The position numbers were made by a program, and so were the translations under genes. Positions 12,557 through 24,373 of a stretch of 64,000 bases of DNA are shown here, piece by piece. Positions within the stretch are counted from its first letter, which is position 1. Each line of letters starts with the position of its first letter. The DNA is from Flectonema sp. DT1601 (taxonomy: Eukaryota). The DNA lies in contig OZ025783.1 of assembly GCA_964019425.1 (NCBI GenBank), forward strand, positions 124,001 to 188,000, in the 5' to 3' direction. A model generated the notes under the pieces. That model was given only the letters and a program-made list of their open reading frames with translations, did no database searches and was not told where the DNA came from.

Positions 12557-12774
12557 TGTTGCTGCTGGGCCTGGGGGGTTATGCTGTTCACTACCGCGGC
12601 GACTGTTTCAGCAGGTTGCTGATTGAGATGAGCCTGCATCCTGATAATCGGACACTCCAAGTCATGAATTGCTTTGTGGTCAGTTTGACATCTCTTTGAG
12701 CAGTACATTACCTCTCTACATGGACAAGGCGTTAAGTTTACACCACTCTTACGACAGCTATTGCAAGACATCAT
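10981..12774 (-). CDS. MYND-type zinc finger, polyglutamine protein (5 exons)
   Basis: CNSC...CPCREVMYCSKRCQTDHKAIHDLEC MYND motif. Introns 12160-12525, 12015-12082, 11440-11511 and 11275-11353 give one continuous frame through four ORF-track fragments. Confidence 0.8.
11570..11801 (-). repeat. CAG/CAA trinucleotide tract encoding polyQ (second tract 12526-12567)
   Basis: Mixed tgc/tgt triplets on the + strand. Confidence 0.95.
12015..12082 (-). other. 68-nt GT-AG intron with complementary ends
   Basis: GTATGTATTGTTTGTTGTTTTCTGAT...ATCAGAAATAAGAAATAAAACAAACAACAG; TTGTTTGTT/AACAAACAA is a perfect 9-bp inverted repeat. Confidence 0.85.
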
Positions 12775-13195
12775 GTTGATGTGTTGAAGAGCAGCAAAAG
12801 TAAAGCTGCAATTCTATTTCCCTGAACAGTAAGAAAGTACACTCGCAATACCGAAAAACAGTAAACACTTAAAAACTAATCATTTTATCATCACCACTGA
12901 CACACTACGACAAAGTACATGGCTTTTATCTGCAAGAAGAAGAAGAAAAAGAAATTATTAATAGAAACAAAATTCCTTTCCCATTTTTATAATAACTGAG
13001 GCCATGCTAAAACAAAGTAAATACAGCGTGCATGGTGTTCTTGGATGTTGGAAAAACAAAAAAAAAAAACAAAAAAAAAAAACGTGAATTCTAAGACGAA
13101 ATTACCGATACTAATAGCTTGTGACAGGGGGCAACAATGCCCATAGTTTTCAAGAGGTTAAGGGAATCTAACAAAGACGGGTATTGTGAATTGAG

Positions 13196-16100
13196 TTATC
13201 GACGTTTGGTAAACTTTTTGCGCGGTTTCGTTGCAGTAGTTACTTTAGAAGAAGGTTTTTTATGAACCCTAACAGGTACAATATCTATTTGTGATTCAGA
13301 TGAAGAATCTGATGATGAAACTGAACTCGTGTTCGAAGTATCTGAGCTGTCGGAATACTTCTGATGACTAACTGCGCGGGATCCACGAGAGAACTGTTGG
13401 AATTGTTTTAATATATCATGAAGAGCAACACTCCTTTCAGGAGTTGTTAACGTATTTGGTGATGATGACACTCGAGGCTTTATATCACCTTTGGTATTCC
13501 CAACATAATCAGATCTGTGTAGTTGTTCTTTAATAACTTGTTTTAGTTCTGATGCAGTCATGTTTCCTGTAAGTGATGGATTATGTTCAAGGAATGCACG
13601 AAGAGTGTCACCTGGTGTCCTATTTTCAGATAATTGTTCTTGAATTGCTTCTTCTCTCTTTTTCTGAAGAACTTCTGCTTTCTGTTGACGAATAGTTTCT
13701 TCTCGTAGTACTAAATCCTTTTCTTTCCTTATTGATGCTAAGCTGTTTTCTCTTATTTGTTTCTCTCTCTCCTGAAGGTGTCTCTCTCTTGCTTGCAGAG
13801 CAGCTTCCTTCTTTAGTATAGTGTGCGTGTTTCGGTTACTTTTCTTCAGATTAGATTGCATTTCAGCGAATCGCTCCTCTCGTTTGCTTATTGTAAGCTC
13901 TCTGTTTTGTTTTGTTTTTGTTGTTTTAAAATAGCTTCGGAAAATATTTATTTCAAGTACAAACCTCTGCTCCAGCTTATCAAGCATTCCTCCTACCTCT
14001 TCTTCAACAGCAGCAATTACCTTTTCGGTGTGAGGAATTTCTGGTTCGTCGTCACTAAGTTCGTCTGCAGGTGGAGGAGGATTCTCAGATGAGAGGTTTA
14101 AATTAATCTTTACAGCAGTAATTGGTGAGCGTACAGTTATCTGACGAGATCTCTGTCTGTCTGTTGTTGGAGCATCTAGAAGACCAGCAAGCTCATCATC
14201 CGATCGAGGAGAGCTTTCGAGTACACCTTTCCAAAGCATGTCCTTCTTTCCAATAAACTGACTTTCTGTACTCCTCCTCACTTCCATTCCAACCGCAGTA
14301 TTAGTTGGTAACATTGAAGGCCGTGATGTTGCAGGGCTCGTAACCTGAATTTGGTTTTTTCTTTTTCGTTATATTACTTACAACATAATCTAAACACCCT
14401 CATCTACTATTTAATATAAAGTAACATACCAATTGTGATATTGGAAAGTGTTCCGCCTCACCTTCAAATCTCGCTGACGGTGAACGATCATCGCGAAACT
14501 GACTTTCACGGGATGGACCTGGTGGTGGATCAGAAGAAAGTCGAGGCTGTTGAATTACTTGTTGTTGTTGTTCTGGAGATGTGCTCACCCAATTCTTATT
14601 TCCTGTTGTTGAGTAACTAACTCTATTAACATTAACACTTACTTCACGTGGTTCAGATTCATTATTGTTATCAGCTGTGACTTGGATTCCAGGAGGAGGA
14701 GAAGTTGACTGTCCGAAGTAACGCTCTACCTCTGAACCCCCTCGAACAGTTGATTGTTGTCCAGGAGAAGCTGATGTTTCGACTCGTTGCTGAGGTGATG
14801 AGGAGTGAGGTAGTCGGGAAGTAGAATGAGTAATAATACTTACACTACGACTTGGATCCCGAATAGAGTACGTTTGTTCAGGTTGCGGATGCGAGCTCTG
14901 CTCCCTTGTTTGCCGTGATGGAGATCGCTGCGGTGAGACCTGTCTCTGCTCAGACGAGCTCCTCACAACTTCAGGTCGCACTGAATGCTGGCGAGGATGA
15001 ACAGGAGGATCATAATGAATTGGATATTCTTCTTGATCAGGTGGCGAGTTATCTCTCTTCACAAATTGGGGTGACTGCTTAGCAAGTGATGACGCTCTGC
15101 TACCCGGAGAGTGTTCAGAGGTGTTGTAGTCACCTCGGCCACCAGCTAGTGATAGATCTCTTTGATTAGGAGAATAAGACCGAACATGTTCTTTAATTAG
15201 TTGCTCACTTCGAACTGGAGAAGGTTGCCCATCTCTACCGTGAGAAGAAGAACGAGAACGGATTGACTCACTCTGAGCAACTGGTTGGTCTTCATAATGA
15301 GATTGGGAAGTAGTAGGATAAGAGATAAACTCTTCTTGTTGTTGAATAGGAAAGTTGTCTCTCCCACTAGAGATCTGATCACCAGGAGAGACAGGTCTAG
15401 TTGCTGTAGAAGAAGTAGACAATCGAGGTTCATCTCGATGGCCAGAAGGTTGGCTAACTTCTCGCATTTCTTGACGTCTCTCTGGCTGCTCAACTAAGCT
15501 GCTTTTAGTAGCTTTCCGTTTCTTTTTTTTCTTCCCAGTGTCCTTTAAAAGCTGATCACGTTCTCTGACTTGCCTTTCGAGTTTTTCTATTGTCTTCTGT
15601 CCGTCATCTAGTGCAGTGGTCAGCATATCTTCAAAACGAGATTTTTCAGAACGGGCGAAATTGAGTTGTGATGAGAGAAGATCAATTTGGTGTTTGGAGG
15701 TGTCAGGTTTGTCAGGTTTGTCAGACTTTGTTGTTTTGATTGCTTGTGGTTGGAAGGCGAGTTTTTCGGCTTCTCGGAGTTCGTTGACTTCCTTTCGAAG
15801 GATGTCGAGTTCTGCCATCGTCGATGATGTTTGCTTTCGTCGTTCAGCCATTTGGCGAAGGATGACTTCACATTCTTGCCACCAAGCATCCCTTGCAGAT
15901 TCCAATGATGATATCCTTTCTCGTGCTTCTTCACAAGTTGCTTCAGCTATTCCAAGAGAATCCTCTAACTCAGCAACTCTACTTTTATACCATAACATTT
16001 CAGCTATTTGCTCACCCGATGCTATCTTTTCCTCTCTCAGCTGGATTTCTAATTTCTTTAATTCCACCTTGTCATCGACATTATGATCATCAGACTGACT

Positions 16101-17435
16101 CTCCTTCAATTCTTTTTTTAGAGATAGAATCCTTCTCTTTTGACTTCTCTCCTCTTCAACATTGTGTATTATGTGTCTAGAGACCTGAACACATCTATTT
16201 TTCCAATCCATGACTTCATCAACGAGAAGATCAGTTCGTCTTTTTTGTTCCAGTAGATTAACTAACACAAGTGGGTCAGTATGATTATCATTCTGTGGAG
16301 GAGGACTCATATCCCTCGAGACCATCTCTGCAAGACGTTCTTTCGCAGCTTGTAGCTCAATTGATATTTTTGTGTTATTCCCAAGTAATTCTTCATTTGA
16401 AACTTCTAATGATTGGACCCTACATTGTAATTCTTCAATCATATCATCACTGTCTGGTTCTTGATTACTAAACTCAAGTGTGAGTATCCTAGTTTGGAGT
16501 TCCTTAATAAGCTCACTGTTAGAACTCATTGGGAAGCTTGATAACTGCGATTCAAGTTTTCGTATTCGCTGCTGAAGCATTTCATTGTGATGATATAGTT
16601 CTGAAGTTTCTTCGTTGATGGCTGGTGAGACCGAGCGGTGTTCTTCTAGTTGATGTAACTTTTCAATTAGCGTTGCTTTTTCTCTATGAGATTTCTCTAA
16701 CAGACCACTCATCACTGCTACGTCTCTCATACCTGATTCTGCTGGTGAGGAAGAAACAGCTCCAATAGCAAGTTGTTTCTTAGCGTCTTCGAGTGCACTG
16801 CAAAGTTCAGATACTTGGTGTTGCAGTCGGGTGTTTTCAATTGTCCTCGCAGTGATTTCTTTATTTTTATCTGATACGTCTCCTGTAGCCGCTTGGAGTC
16901 GAACTTCTAATTCTTCTGATCGTTTGACTGATGAAACGAGTTCTTCAGCAAGTTGTCTACTCTTTGCTTCTAATCGCATTCTCTGTTGTTGTTCTTCTTC
17001 GACAGACTGATTTCTATTTGGAGGAGATTGAGCAGCGCTAACTTCTGCTAGTTTTGACATCATTCTAGCAAGTTGTTGTTCACGGTTTTCATAAAGCTTG
17101 ATTCTAGTTTTTGATGCCTCTCTGTGTTCCTCACTTGACTTATAAAAGTGATTCATGATACCAACCACATCATTCAACTCATCAGAAGGTGAATGAATCG
17201 GTTTTTCAATATCAACCCCTGGCACAGATCCGAGAGACGGAGGAGCAATACCTGTCAAACTTTGTTGACTAACAACTTGCCCATACCGAGTAGGAGAGTT
17301 GATATGATGAGGAATTGTTCTCCCGCCATCAACAGACGTCCTAAACACTGGTGATGATGTCGCACTGCTACCACTAAAGACTGGCAGGTTAGGCTCATCA
17401 ACACATATGTTGCTCTGTCGCTTTGGACCAAACAT
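13196..17435 (-). CDS. Large coiled-coil / low-complexity hypothetical protein (3 exons)
   Basis: First ATG at 17435 follows the TTGTTACAG acceptor. Introns 14345-14429 and 13902-13964 join the 1022-aa and 372-aa ORFs in frame. Confidence 0.85.
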
Positions 17436-17904
17436 TGTTATTTCATGTGATATCAAGCCCTGTAACAATATTTTAAAAACGACAATTTAAAAAAAATCCC
17501 AAAGACGGAATCGAACTGGACACCATTCGGTAATTTTTGGTTTTGAATCTGTAAAAGCAACAAGTATATACCTCAGGCACAACTGCAATTACTTCGCTAC
17601 AAAGAAAGGCAAGGTTGTTAACCAAAACTAAAAAAAAACAAAAATTAGAAGGGAAAAAAAAAAACGACATCTAAAAAGGGAGGCAACAAGTAGAAAAATA
17701 AAAATATAAACATCGGACTGGAACACACTGAGGGATTTTAAACCTTAAATCTGCTTCCCTATTTGTTATTCCTTCAAAGAAATACCGCGTCAATGCATGC
17801 AGCCAATGTGGTTTGCATATACAGGAAATGAGTCTTTTTCTCGGGAGGAAAAAAATAGTTCCGAAAAATCATTTCATTTTTTTTTTTTTTTTTTAATTTA
17901 TTAC

Positions 17905-18177
17905 TTAACGCCATGAAGTAATTCTCTTACAAGACTCACAGAAGCCGGTTACAACAGTCCTAGAGCACAGGGTCTGTCTGGAAGTGACAACTCTAACATC
18001 AGGCTCCTCGATACCATGATGTTCCTGTTTGGAATAGTTGATTATAAAATATTGTTTTCAAGGTGAGATATGTACTTTATAACACATAGAAATTAATCAT
18101 ACCTTTCTACCACACTCTCTGCAGCTGAGAGTGCACGAAGTCTGCTCTTCCTGGTTTTCCTCGGCAACTCTTTCCAT
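17905..18177 (-). CDS. 64-aa zinc-ribbon-like microprotein (2 exons), absent from ORF track
   Basis: MERVAEENQEEQTSCTLSCRECGRK|EHHGIEEPDVRVVTSRQTLCSRTVVTGFCESCKRITSWR*. Intron 18025-18102 (GTATGA...AAACAG) unites two CxxC pairs. Confidence 0.75.
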
Positions 18178-18617
18178 GTTATTGAGGTTGTGGAGGGGGG
18201 CTTGAAATAACTGTGGGAGAGGAAAAATGAAAATAACACAAAAAAAAGAAAAAACTGATCCAAAACACCTGCATCAGATGTGTAAGGTAATAACATAATT
18301 CTGACCCTTAGAATAAGTGCAGTAGGTTAGTCAAACACTTCTAAGTTTAAAGTCATAAGAGAGGGAATGGATACACGCTTTCAAAAGGCAACCAGCTTTA
18401 TGTTGGTAACAAGCGGTAAACAAGAGAGAGATTTCATTGAAGGAAAAAAGTTAAAAATTAAATTTTTTTTTTGTTAGTTTGTGCGGTCAAAGCGGAGAAT
18501 GCCGAGACTCTATCAACAGTTTTATAATACGTGAGAGTTAGGAAGGTATAAACGCCAGAAGAAAAAAAAAAGAAAAGATTTTTTGTTTTCGAATTGAACA
18601 AAAGGACGGACAAAGTA

Positions 18618-19004
18618 TTAATAATTTCCATCAATGAGGGAGTGATCATCAAAAAACTGAATCTCACCAAAAGCACGTCTCGTAGTGAGAAGTGTTGATT
18701 GCCGAAGGGTATTAAAGGTCTGAACTCCTCTCATAGGTTTATTCGATCCGTGATTGCCATCACGAGATGATCGTCTTGGTCTGCTATCATGTTGAATTGT
18801 GTTTTTAAATCTCATTGGCATCTTATCAATCAGCCGCATAGTGTCATTTCCATTTGAATTTTCAGCAGTGATTTCCTTTTCAGTCCATGTCTTACACCTA
18901 TCCTTTCTCTTTCTAATGAGTTTTGGTGATCCTCGGGTCCACTTTGCTTTTTGGTTGAAGAACCTAACCGCTCTAACACTGTCTTTTTGAAGTTCACTTG
19001 ACAT
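18618..19004 (-). CDS. Hypothetical basic protein, 128 aa
   Basis: ORF on the cluster strand preceded by the pyrimidine-rich acceptor CCTTTTCTTCCATTCAG. Confidence 0.65.
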   Translation of the reverse strand: MSSELQKDSVRAVRFFNQKAKWTRGSPKLIRKRKDRCKTWTEKEITAENSNGNDTMRLIDKMPMRFKNTIQHDSRPRRSSRDGNHGSNKPMRGVQTFNTLRQSTLLTTRRAFGEIQFFDDHSLIDGNY

Positions 19005-19505
19005 TATTTTGGTTGAAAATCTGAATGGAAGAAAAGGTTGTTATTATTATTATTTTTTTTATTTTTTTTCATTTTTTTTTTTGCATTTATTTCCTATCTA
19101 TCTCAAAAACATCGAAAGTGATGTTAAAACAATATATTTTTTTTTTTTAAAAAAAAAAAAAAGAAAGAAATAAGCTCCACAAACTTTCTCCAGTTGCAGT
19201 GCAGAACGTCGGACGGGATACCCCTGTAGCATCCAGTAAGGAATGCAAAATATTTCCCTTAAGAAATGTAATTCCCTTCGACACTGGGGGCGGGTAGACT
19301 GATGCTAGAAATCGCGTACGAAGGTTTTTTTTTTTTTTTTTTTGAAAATTACTAAAAAAAAAAAAAAAAAAAAAAATTATATTATTATCATTTCCGCTAA
19401 CAACCAACATTATACAAGAAAACGGGGTTTCTTCTCTAGTAGAATAGCCTAGTGAAGTGTGGTTGTACACTATAAAATACCAAACCAAAACTCATGTGTG
19501 TGTAC

Positions 19506-20169
19506 CTATGCAGGATCTGCCTTTTCAGATTTTATCACAGAATCTGACACAACTACTTCTCTTTCTGATTTTTCTGATTTTTCTTCAATCGGTTTTTTCA
19601 CTGGATCTTTGGTAACCGTTTTTAAATCAGCTTCAGCTGACCCTGTTGTGGATTCTACTGGGTCTTTGTTAACCGTTTTTAAATCAGCTTCAGCTGACCC
19701 TGTTGTGGATTCTACTGGGTCTTTGTTAACTGTTTTCAAATCAGCTTCAGCTGACACCTTTGTAGATTCCACTCGAGCCAGCACGTTAGAAGTATTGTAT
19801 ATTGGTTTACTGGTTTAGTTTTGTGAAAAGTCTGGTGGTTAAATCTTTTTTTTTTTTTTGGATATAAAAAAAGAAAGAAAAAAACATACGGCTTGAGTAC
19901 TTTACGTATACCCAAAACAACTATCAGACATAAGAATGTAACCAATATAAGTCCTTGGACATTCTTGCGACGTTTCTGTTATTATTATTTTTTTTTTTAA
20001 TTGTGGGAAAAAAAAAGAATTTTTTCCCCCTCTTCTTTTTAAAATGCAAAACACATACCACAGCATTCTCTTCAACTGCTTCGGCAGCAGCGACGCGACA
20101 TTTCGCCAGAGCATCATCGTAGTCCTGCTTCAGATCGACCGTCACATGAGGAGGACCTCCCCCCGCCAT
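19506..20169 (-). CDS. Small single-pass (type II-like) membrane protein with 20-aa tandem repeats (3 exons, ~166 aa)
   Basis: Introns 19976-20058 and 19810-19889 join MAGGGPP..., KRRKNVQGLILVTFLCLIVVLGIRK (TM) and the repeat exon. Confidence 0.7.
19600..19770 (-). repeat. 60-bp coding tandem repeat, about 3 units
   Basis: Encodes VESTTGSAEADLKTVNKDP-type units. Confidence 0.9.
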
Positions 20170-20337
20170 TGTTGACACCTGTCGGAAGAAAATAAAATGT
20201 TTTTAACAATTAGTTCAATAATGCCCTGGTGTTCACATGACGTAAAACGTGTAAATAATAGCAGCAAATCCTACTGAATGACGACTGCAAAATAGTTGTA
20301 AAACCTTTTCAGCAGTAAAGACTTCTGTCCAGGAGTA

Positions 20338-22845
20338 CTATTCCCTCCCTGACTCAGTAATGATAGCACCTGGAATAAAGGTTCTAGGATGTAGTAGCTG
20401 AGGTGGTTGACTATATCCATCAGTAGTTCCCATAATAGCTGCGACAGACATCTTCATACCACTCGACTCAATTGAGATTGTGTTTGGACTGCCGTGAGGT
20501 ACTATTTCAATTTCTCCATCAGTACAACGCCAACCATATATCTGACCTGCTGCTAAAGGAGGATGACTCTTTACTACTTCAGCTAACGGATCGGATCTTT
20601 TCATATCAACAACAGTAATTGGATGTCCGGAGAAGAAGTTTGATGATGTCTCAGAGTCAATTATATCACGTCGTTCTAAATCAAAGACTCTAAGTAAATC
20701 AAATCCGACATCAAAAGCACACAATTGATGAGTAACCTGAAGAGATGACCTGAGAATTAAATTTCCAGTAACTCTTTGTTCTATTCGTTCTTGGAATTTG
20801 ATAACCAACTCATGATTAACAATAAAACAACAAGGTAGTTTTTCTGATAATTTCGCCAAAGCTGGAGACAGGTCTGGAGGAGAATGCAAAACCTGAAATC
20901 TTTTGAAAGTATCACAACCAGCAATCCCAACTAAAGCATTTCCATACACAGCAGACACATTGTATTGCGTACTCATTTCCAGCATGGTATGAATTCCAAC
21001 ATCAACAGGAGCTGTCTTTCTCTGAGGTGCTCCAAACGCACATACCACACAGTCATATTCTAATCTAAGAACGTTAATTGGTATCCTTCCTAGTTTTGTT
21101 AACAACAATGAAGTTTCAGTAATATATTTATCAGCACAAAGTCCTTTACAGTTTATGGTAATTATTCTACAAAGTAAAACGTGTTGGGTTAAAGCAAATC
21201 CTAATCTCGTATTACACCACACCATATCAACTAAACCATAAAGGTCTTGTGTCTTCTGAGTTATACCAACGACACGCATGCCTATCCCTCTTTCAATTGG
21301 AATGTCTTGGAGGTTTTTTAGGTCTCTTTGAGTGATGTGATTCTGCATGTGTGGTTCAACTTCTTCCAGTGATTTCGTTAAAGCATTCCAAGCTTTGTAA
21401 CGAACATGTTCCTTTTCTTCTTCTGTTGATATTTTATCAAGTTTTCCAAAACGTTCTAAGAGGTAATCAGTTCTCCATTCAGCCACTGCGACGATACTTT
21501 TCAATCCGTATATGTCATCAACAATACTCTCTCTTCTGAACATATATAAAGCAACGAGTGCAGCGATAGTACAAAGTAATACACAACTAGCGGATATGAG
21601 CACAATTAGCATTAGATTACTGGTTGGGGTTTCACAAATATCATTTTCAGATAATTGACTTGAACACTTTATGCAAAATGATTTATTCATGACAGAATGA
21701 CTCCCAGATAGACACGGCATACAGCGAGATTCATCGCTGTATGTATTGCCTGCGCACATAATGCATTTAGATTGATCAGTGCTTGGTTCGTATCCTCTAT
21801 CACAGGGTCCGCAAGGGATAGAAGCATTTGGTGAATACATATTTTTATCACAAACATGACAGAACATTCTTCCGTCTATTGCTAGTTTATAAGTTGTTCC
21901 TGCAAAGCACAATTCATGAGGTAGTTTCAGTCTTGTTTTGTTTACAAAATTTGTCACATCTGATGACAGTAATAAATCATTGCTGTGAGCCAGTTCAAAT
22001 TGCAAGCTCACTCTCATACTTTTCGTCACAAGCGAAGAAAATCGATTGACTCTAGTTGGAGCATAGTATCTATTTTTAATGATGCTCGGATCCTTAAAGA
22101 TTTCATTAATCGTTAGCTTCCAGTCTATCGCTGTCGTTGAAATAGAAAGTCTACCCAGATGCATCCTGCTATCTATAATTTGACTCAAGACGTGTACGTT
22201 ATGAAGTTCAGGTGGTATATCTAAGTACGAATCTGAAATAAATACGTCACAATTTAGTTTTAAAAGTGTCTTCATCGTAAAAAGAACCTCTTGTTTGGTT
22301 GTGGCGTAAGCCAGTATGATGATTGCTTCACTTCGATTGTAAACTCCAGTCGCGAATGACATAAAATTATTAATCGCATTCACTTCAGTCATACTCGATG
22401 CTACATATCCAATTTTATTAGAAACTGTCATCATGGCAGCGAGATGACCCTCAATACGTCTGCTTACAGAAAGGTTCGATACAAGAAGTATAAAATTAGA
22501 AGGCAACATCTCAGGTAACTTAGAAAAGACAGGCACCTGTATAAATACAACAGAAGGAAGCGTGTAAGCTATTCGTATTAAGGTTGAGGCAAATGATGTT
22601 GTTGTTGACATAACAATATTTTGGCTAACAGTTACATTAAATAGAATTAGAATATCAGTTTCATTACCGACAGTAACAACATCGAGTGATTGTATGCTAC
22701 CTGATAACAGTAACAATTCTAACTGGTCGGTAACTCTCTCTTCTACTTCCGCGTCAACTAAATCCCTCTCTCTATTTCTTATCAACAGCACATTAGGAGG
22801 CGTGACTAAGATCACAGCAGTAACAACAACAAGTACAGTTATCAT
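20338..22845 (-). CDS. Receptor-like protein: BMP/PnrA-type solute-binding domain, Cys-rich repeats, TM, degenerate class III nucleotide cyclase domain
   Basis: EGHLAAMMTVSNKIGYVAS (BMP-like); CxxCxxxxYS repeats; TM LMLIVLISASCVLLCTIAALVALYMF; LEYDCVVCAFGAP and YGNALVGIAGCDTFKRFQVL (cyclase-like). Confidence 0.7.
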   Translation of the reverse strand: MITVLVVVTAVILVTPPNVLLIRNRERDLVDAEVEERVTDQLELLLLSGSIQSLDVVTVGNETDILILFNVTVSQNIVMSTTTSFASTLIRIAYTLPSVVFIQVPVFSKLPEMLPSNFILLVSNLSVSRRIEGHLAAMMTVSNKIGYVASSMTEVNAINNFMSFATGVYNRSEAIIILAYATTKQEVLFTMKTLLKLNCDVFISDSYLDIPPELHNVHVLSQIIDSRMHLGRLSISTTAIDWKLTINEIFKDPSIIKNRYYAPTRVNRFSSLVTKSMRVSLQFELAHSNDLLLSSDVTNFVNKTRLKLPHELCFAGTTYKLAIDGRMFCHVCDKNMYSPNASIPCGPCDRGYEPSTDQSKCIMCAGNTYSDESRCMPCLSGSHSVMNKSFCIKCSSQLSENDICETPTSNLMLIVLISASCVLLCTIAALVALYMFRRESIVDDIYGLKSIVAVAEWRTDYLLERFGKLDKISTEEEKEHVRYKAWNALTKSLEEVEPHMQNHITQRDLKNLQDIPIERGIGMRVVGITQKTQDLYGLVDMVWCNTRLGFALTQHVLLCRIITINCKGLCADKYITETSLLLTKLGRIPINVLRLEYDCVVCAFGAPQRKTAPVDVGIHTMLEMSTQYNVSAVYGNALVGIAGCDTFKRFQVLHSPPDLSPALAKLSEKLPCCFIVNHELVIKFQERIEQRVTGNLILRSSLQVTHQLCAFDVGFDLLRVFDLERRDIIDSETSSNFFSGHPITVVDMKRSDPLAEVVKSHPPLAAGQIYGWRCTDGEIEIVPHGSPNTISIESSGMKMSVAAIMGTTDGYSQPPQLLHPRTFIPGAIITESGRE

Positions 22846-23199
22846 CTAATTTACATGTTTTTTTTCTTTTTACTGTAATAAAACGAATTGTTTTAAAGAA
22901 AGAATATCAGATTACTTTTCATTTTAGTTGGTGTTTGGTTTACTTATTTTCTTTGTAACGGTTCACTCGAAACCAACATTAAAAAAAAAAATAATAATAA
23001 AATTCCAAAGCAGAGAGTGAAGTTAGCCGTTCTCCGCAATAGATAAGAGAGAGAGAGAGAGGAAAAATAATTTTTTTTTTTTTTTTTTTTTCGTACTGAC
23101 GTAAGTGTTGAAGAAACCATTCAGATTGAAAACCGTTATTTATTATGGTCATGGTTTATTTTCCCCCTTCAACTAAATATAAAACTTAATCTGAACGGT

Positions 23200-23715
23200 T
23201 TAAGCGTATTTCGCAGTCCAATTTCGCACGTTTTCGTCATATTGGTTTCGATCCTTTAGGTGTGATGTGTTATAACACTCTATAAATGAAAAATATAAAA
23301 AAATATAAATAAAAAAAAAACATACAGTTAAATATAACTTTGCTATTGCTGGTTCCATTACGTCGTAAGGATTTGGGTCTGTCAGAAGTGCTCTAACTGA
23401 TAACAGGATTTTATCAATAGTTAGAGCAGGTGACCAATAAGAATCGAGAATATCAAGGCAAATACCTCCAGTTTCAGAACCAATGTTTGGGTGGTATACT
23501 TTAGTAATGAATTTAATTTTAGGTGCCTTAAACGGATAGGTAGCAGGGAAGGTAATATCAAGAAGAAACACTCCCCCCTCGTAACAGCTGTCTTTAGGTC
23601 CAGCGATGGTTCCTAGCCATTTGAAATTATTACCTTCAATCTGCTCTATACAAATTTCGGTCATAGAGTTTTCCCTCATAGTATTCGCTTCTCTGTTGAT
23701 ACGTTGTAGGGCCAT
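23200..23715 (-). CDS. Ubiquitin-conjugating enzyme E2, UBC4/UBE2D-like (147 aa)
   Basis: YPFKAPKIKFITKVYHPNI...GGICLDIL..WSPALTIDKILLS. Removing the 72-nt intron 23254-23325 restores KLYLT|DRNQYDENVRNWTAKYA. Confidence 0.95.
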   Translation of the reverse strand: MALQRINREANTMRENSMTEICIEQIEGNNFKWLGTIAGPKDSCYEGGVFLLDITFPATYPFKAPKIKFITKVYHPNIGSETGGICLDILDSYWSPALTIDKILLSVRALLTDPNPYDVMEPAIAKLYLTVCFFFIYIFLYFSFIECYNTSHLKDRNQYDENVRNWTAKYA

Positions 23716-24373
23716 CAAATTCTACTGATTATAAATAAATGAATTTAAATAATTTTTATTTTGTTAGTTGAATGGTGTGAATAAATTTTTTTTTTTCTCT
23801 GTTATTTTTTTTTTTTTTTTCTTAGAAGTAAGTTTGCGTACTAATAGGTTTGTTTTTTTAACCAAAAGAATTCACAACACTTCACAGGATTAACTGGGAT
23901 AGGGATTATCTTTTTTTTCTATTTTTTTTTTTTTTTCTTTTTTTTTTTCTGTTTTCCTTTATTCAAAAATGTTTTTTTTTTTTTTTTTTTTTTTCAAACC
24001 ACACACAAAAAAAGATAATTCACAGAGGCAAAAAAAAAGGGAGAAACCTGCAGGTGCCTGCCGCAATGAAAGGTTAGGGTAATAGTATTTATAATAATCC
24101 AAAAAAAAAAAAAAAAAAAAAACGCTTGCATCGATTAACTTGAGTGTTGTTTGACTTTACACAACAATTGCAACCGAGAAAATCAGTATCAGCTACTAGT
24201 ATTTTTATAGCTAAGGCCAAAATGTCTTTGTAGGTATGCATCGAAGAACAAACAACAATAAAAAAAAAGAAAAAAAATAAGAGCGGTAAAGTCTTTGTAG
24301 GATATTGCAAAGAAGGGGGAAAAAAAAAAGAAAATCAAACGGCTCTGTATTTGCGTACGGTAGTGTTATAGTT

